From contig JBNZDD010013652.1 in NCBI GenBank assembly GCA_050575255.1, positions 2,637,080 through 2,701,079 on the forward strand: a DNA stretch of 64,000 bases, read 5' to 3'. The stretch is from Harriotta raleighana (lineage: Eukaryota). Both the position numbers and the translations under genes were made by a program. Below the pieces are notes generated by a model, which saw nothing but the letters and a program-made list of their open reading frames with translations, did not search any database and was not told the origin of the DNA. Below, one piece after another: positions 62,543 through 64,000 of the stretch; position 1 is the first letter of the stretch, and each line of letters opens with the position of its first letter.

Positions 62543-63790
62543 AAGAACATAAGAATTGGGAGCAGGAGTAGGCCATTCGGCCACTCGTGCCTGCCCTGCC
62601 ATTCAATAAGATCATGGCTGATCTTCTGACCTAACTCTTAATTACCTGTCCTTAATTACCTGAACTCTTAATATCCCCTAATCCTTCTATTTTTACAAAA
62701 TCTATCAGAGTCTTGAAAATGTTCAAGGACTGAGCATCCACAGCCTTCTGGGGTAGTGAATTCCATAAATTCACTACCCTCTAAATGAAGAAATGTTTCC
62801 TCAACTCTGTTTTAAAAGGCTGACCCTTAAATTTAAGACTGTGACCCCTGGTTATAGATTCTCCTACCACGGGAAACAGTCCCTCAGTGTCTACTTTATC
62901 CAGCCCTTTAAGAATCTTATATGTTTCAATAAGATCCCCCCTAATTCGTAGGTCAGTCCGCTCATCCCAGGAACTAACCTAGTGAATCTACGCTGCACCC
63001 CTTCTAAGGCAAGTGTGTCCTTTTTTAAATTAGGAGATCAAAACTGCACACAATATTCTTGGTGCGGTCTCACCAAAGCCCTAGACAGTTGCAGCAAGAC
63101 TTCCCCACTCTTGTACTCTAAACCTTTTGAAATGAACGCTAGCATGCCGTTCGCCTTCTTAGTTGCTTGCTGCATCTAAAAACTAATTTTTGAGACTGGT
63201 ATACAAGGACACCCAAATCCCTTTGAATACTAACACTATCTAACCTCTCCCCCTCGAGAAAATAATCTATTCTTTTATTTTTGCTACCTAGGTGAATAAT
63301 TTCACACTTCACCACATTAAATTCCATCTGCCACCTACTTGCCCACTCCCCCAGCCTATCTATATCTTGTTGCAATCTTTTGAAATGAACGCTAGCATGC
63401 CATTCGCCTTCCTAGTTGCTTGCTGCATCTAAAAACTAATTTAGAGTTCACTCTCCTACCTAGTTTAGTGTTATCCGCGAATTTAGACACATTACATTCA
63501 ATGTCCTCGTCTAGATCATTGATGTAAATTGTAAATAGCTGAGGCCCAAGCACTGATCCTTATGGTACGCCACTAGTTACATCCTGCCAATTCGAGAATG
63601 ACCTGTTTATCCTTACTCTCTGTTTTCTACCCATTAGCCACTCTTCTATCCACGCTACAGTAATATGTTCCCATTAATCCTGTAGGCCTTAACCTTGTGT
63701 AACAGTTTTTTGTGTGGCACTTTATCAAATGCCTTCTTAAAATCTAAATCCACCACATCTATTGGATCCCCCCTATCTAACCTGCTCTTT
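62543..63790 (-). mobile_element. CR1-clade LINE 3' fragment, same family as 2930-4100
   Basis: QQDIDRLGEWASRWQMEFNVVKCEIIHLG in ORF 63139..63375; reverse complement of PxGSVLGP and FADN at ~63470-63570; tail TAAGAACATAAGAA. Confidence 0.92.
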
Positions 63791-64000
63791 TAAGAAAATG
63801 TATGAAAAAACTGGATGCTACAATGAGAGGACAGTAGTGTGGGTAGACTGGAAGGACAAGATCAAATGGGCCAAAAGGTCTTCTTCATCCAAACAAATCT
63901 TGTGACTGAATGCATCCTGATCCAAGGAGCATTCATCAAGGAAGAAAATCAGGAGCATAAAGGTAGTGTCACTCATTCTTGAGCAGATAAGTGGATGCTT

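Noticed and set aside
1-64000. Prokaryotic-style systems (CRISPR array, operon, defence or retron locus)
   Set aside because: Sequence is a spliced vertebrate gene; the recurring TGTGCGCAATTGGC motif is a dispersed SINE core, not regularly spaced repeats; RT fragments are decayed LINEs
60196-64000. Search for the next TENM3 exon (ILYKGNGENQF) and the splice-site-B microexon
   Set aside because: Not found by eye; they should lie beyond the window end

Overview
Vertebrate genomic DNA, not prokaryotic. The window lies entirely inside one + strand gene, teneurin-3 (TENM3/ODZ3). I can reconstruct 11 constitutive exons (2053 nt, GT-AG boundaries, phases consistent). They encode the end of the pre-EGF extracellular domain, all 8 EGF-like repeats, the Cys-rich region and the following TTR/FN-plug region; both gene ends lie outside the window. 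Two in-frame microexons missed by the ORF track (27 nt AHFLDKIVK, 21 nt ADKIGYK) sit between EGF7 and EGF8 and match the splice-site-A inserts of mammalian Ten3. Introns hold tRNA-head Deu-type SINEs, CR1 and L2 LINE fragments, three Tigger/pogo-type elements and a decayed DIRS-like retrotransposon. This repeat mix suggests a cartilaginous fish, possibly a chimaera (inference only). Duplications around single Ns indicate a draft assembly. I see no novel multi-gene system. The best leads are the microexon module with flanking YCAY clusters, a ~90-bp inverted duplication upstream of it, the DIRS fossil, a Deu-core/L2-tail chimeric element and paired furin motifs. All homology calls are from recall, with no database search.
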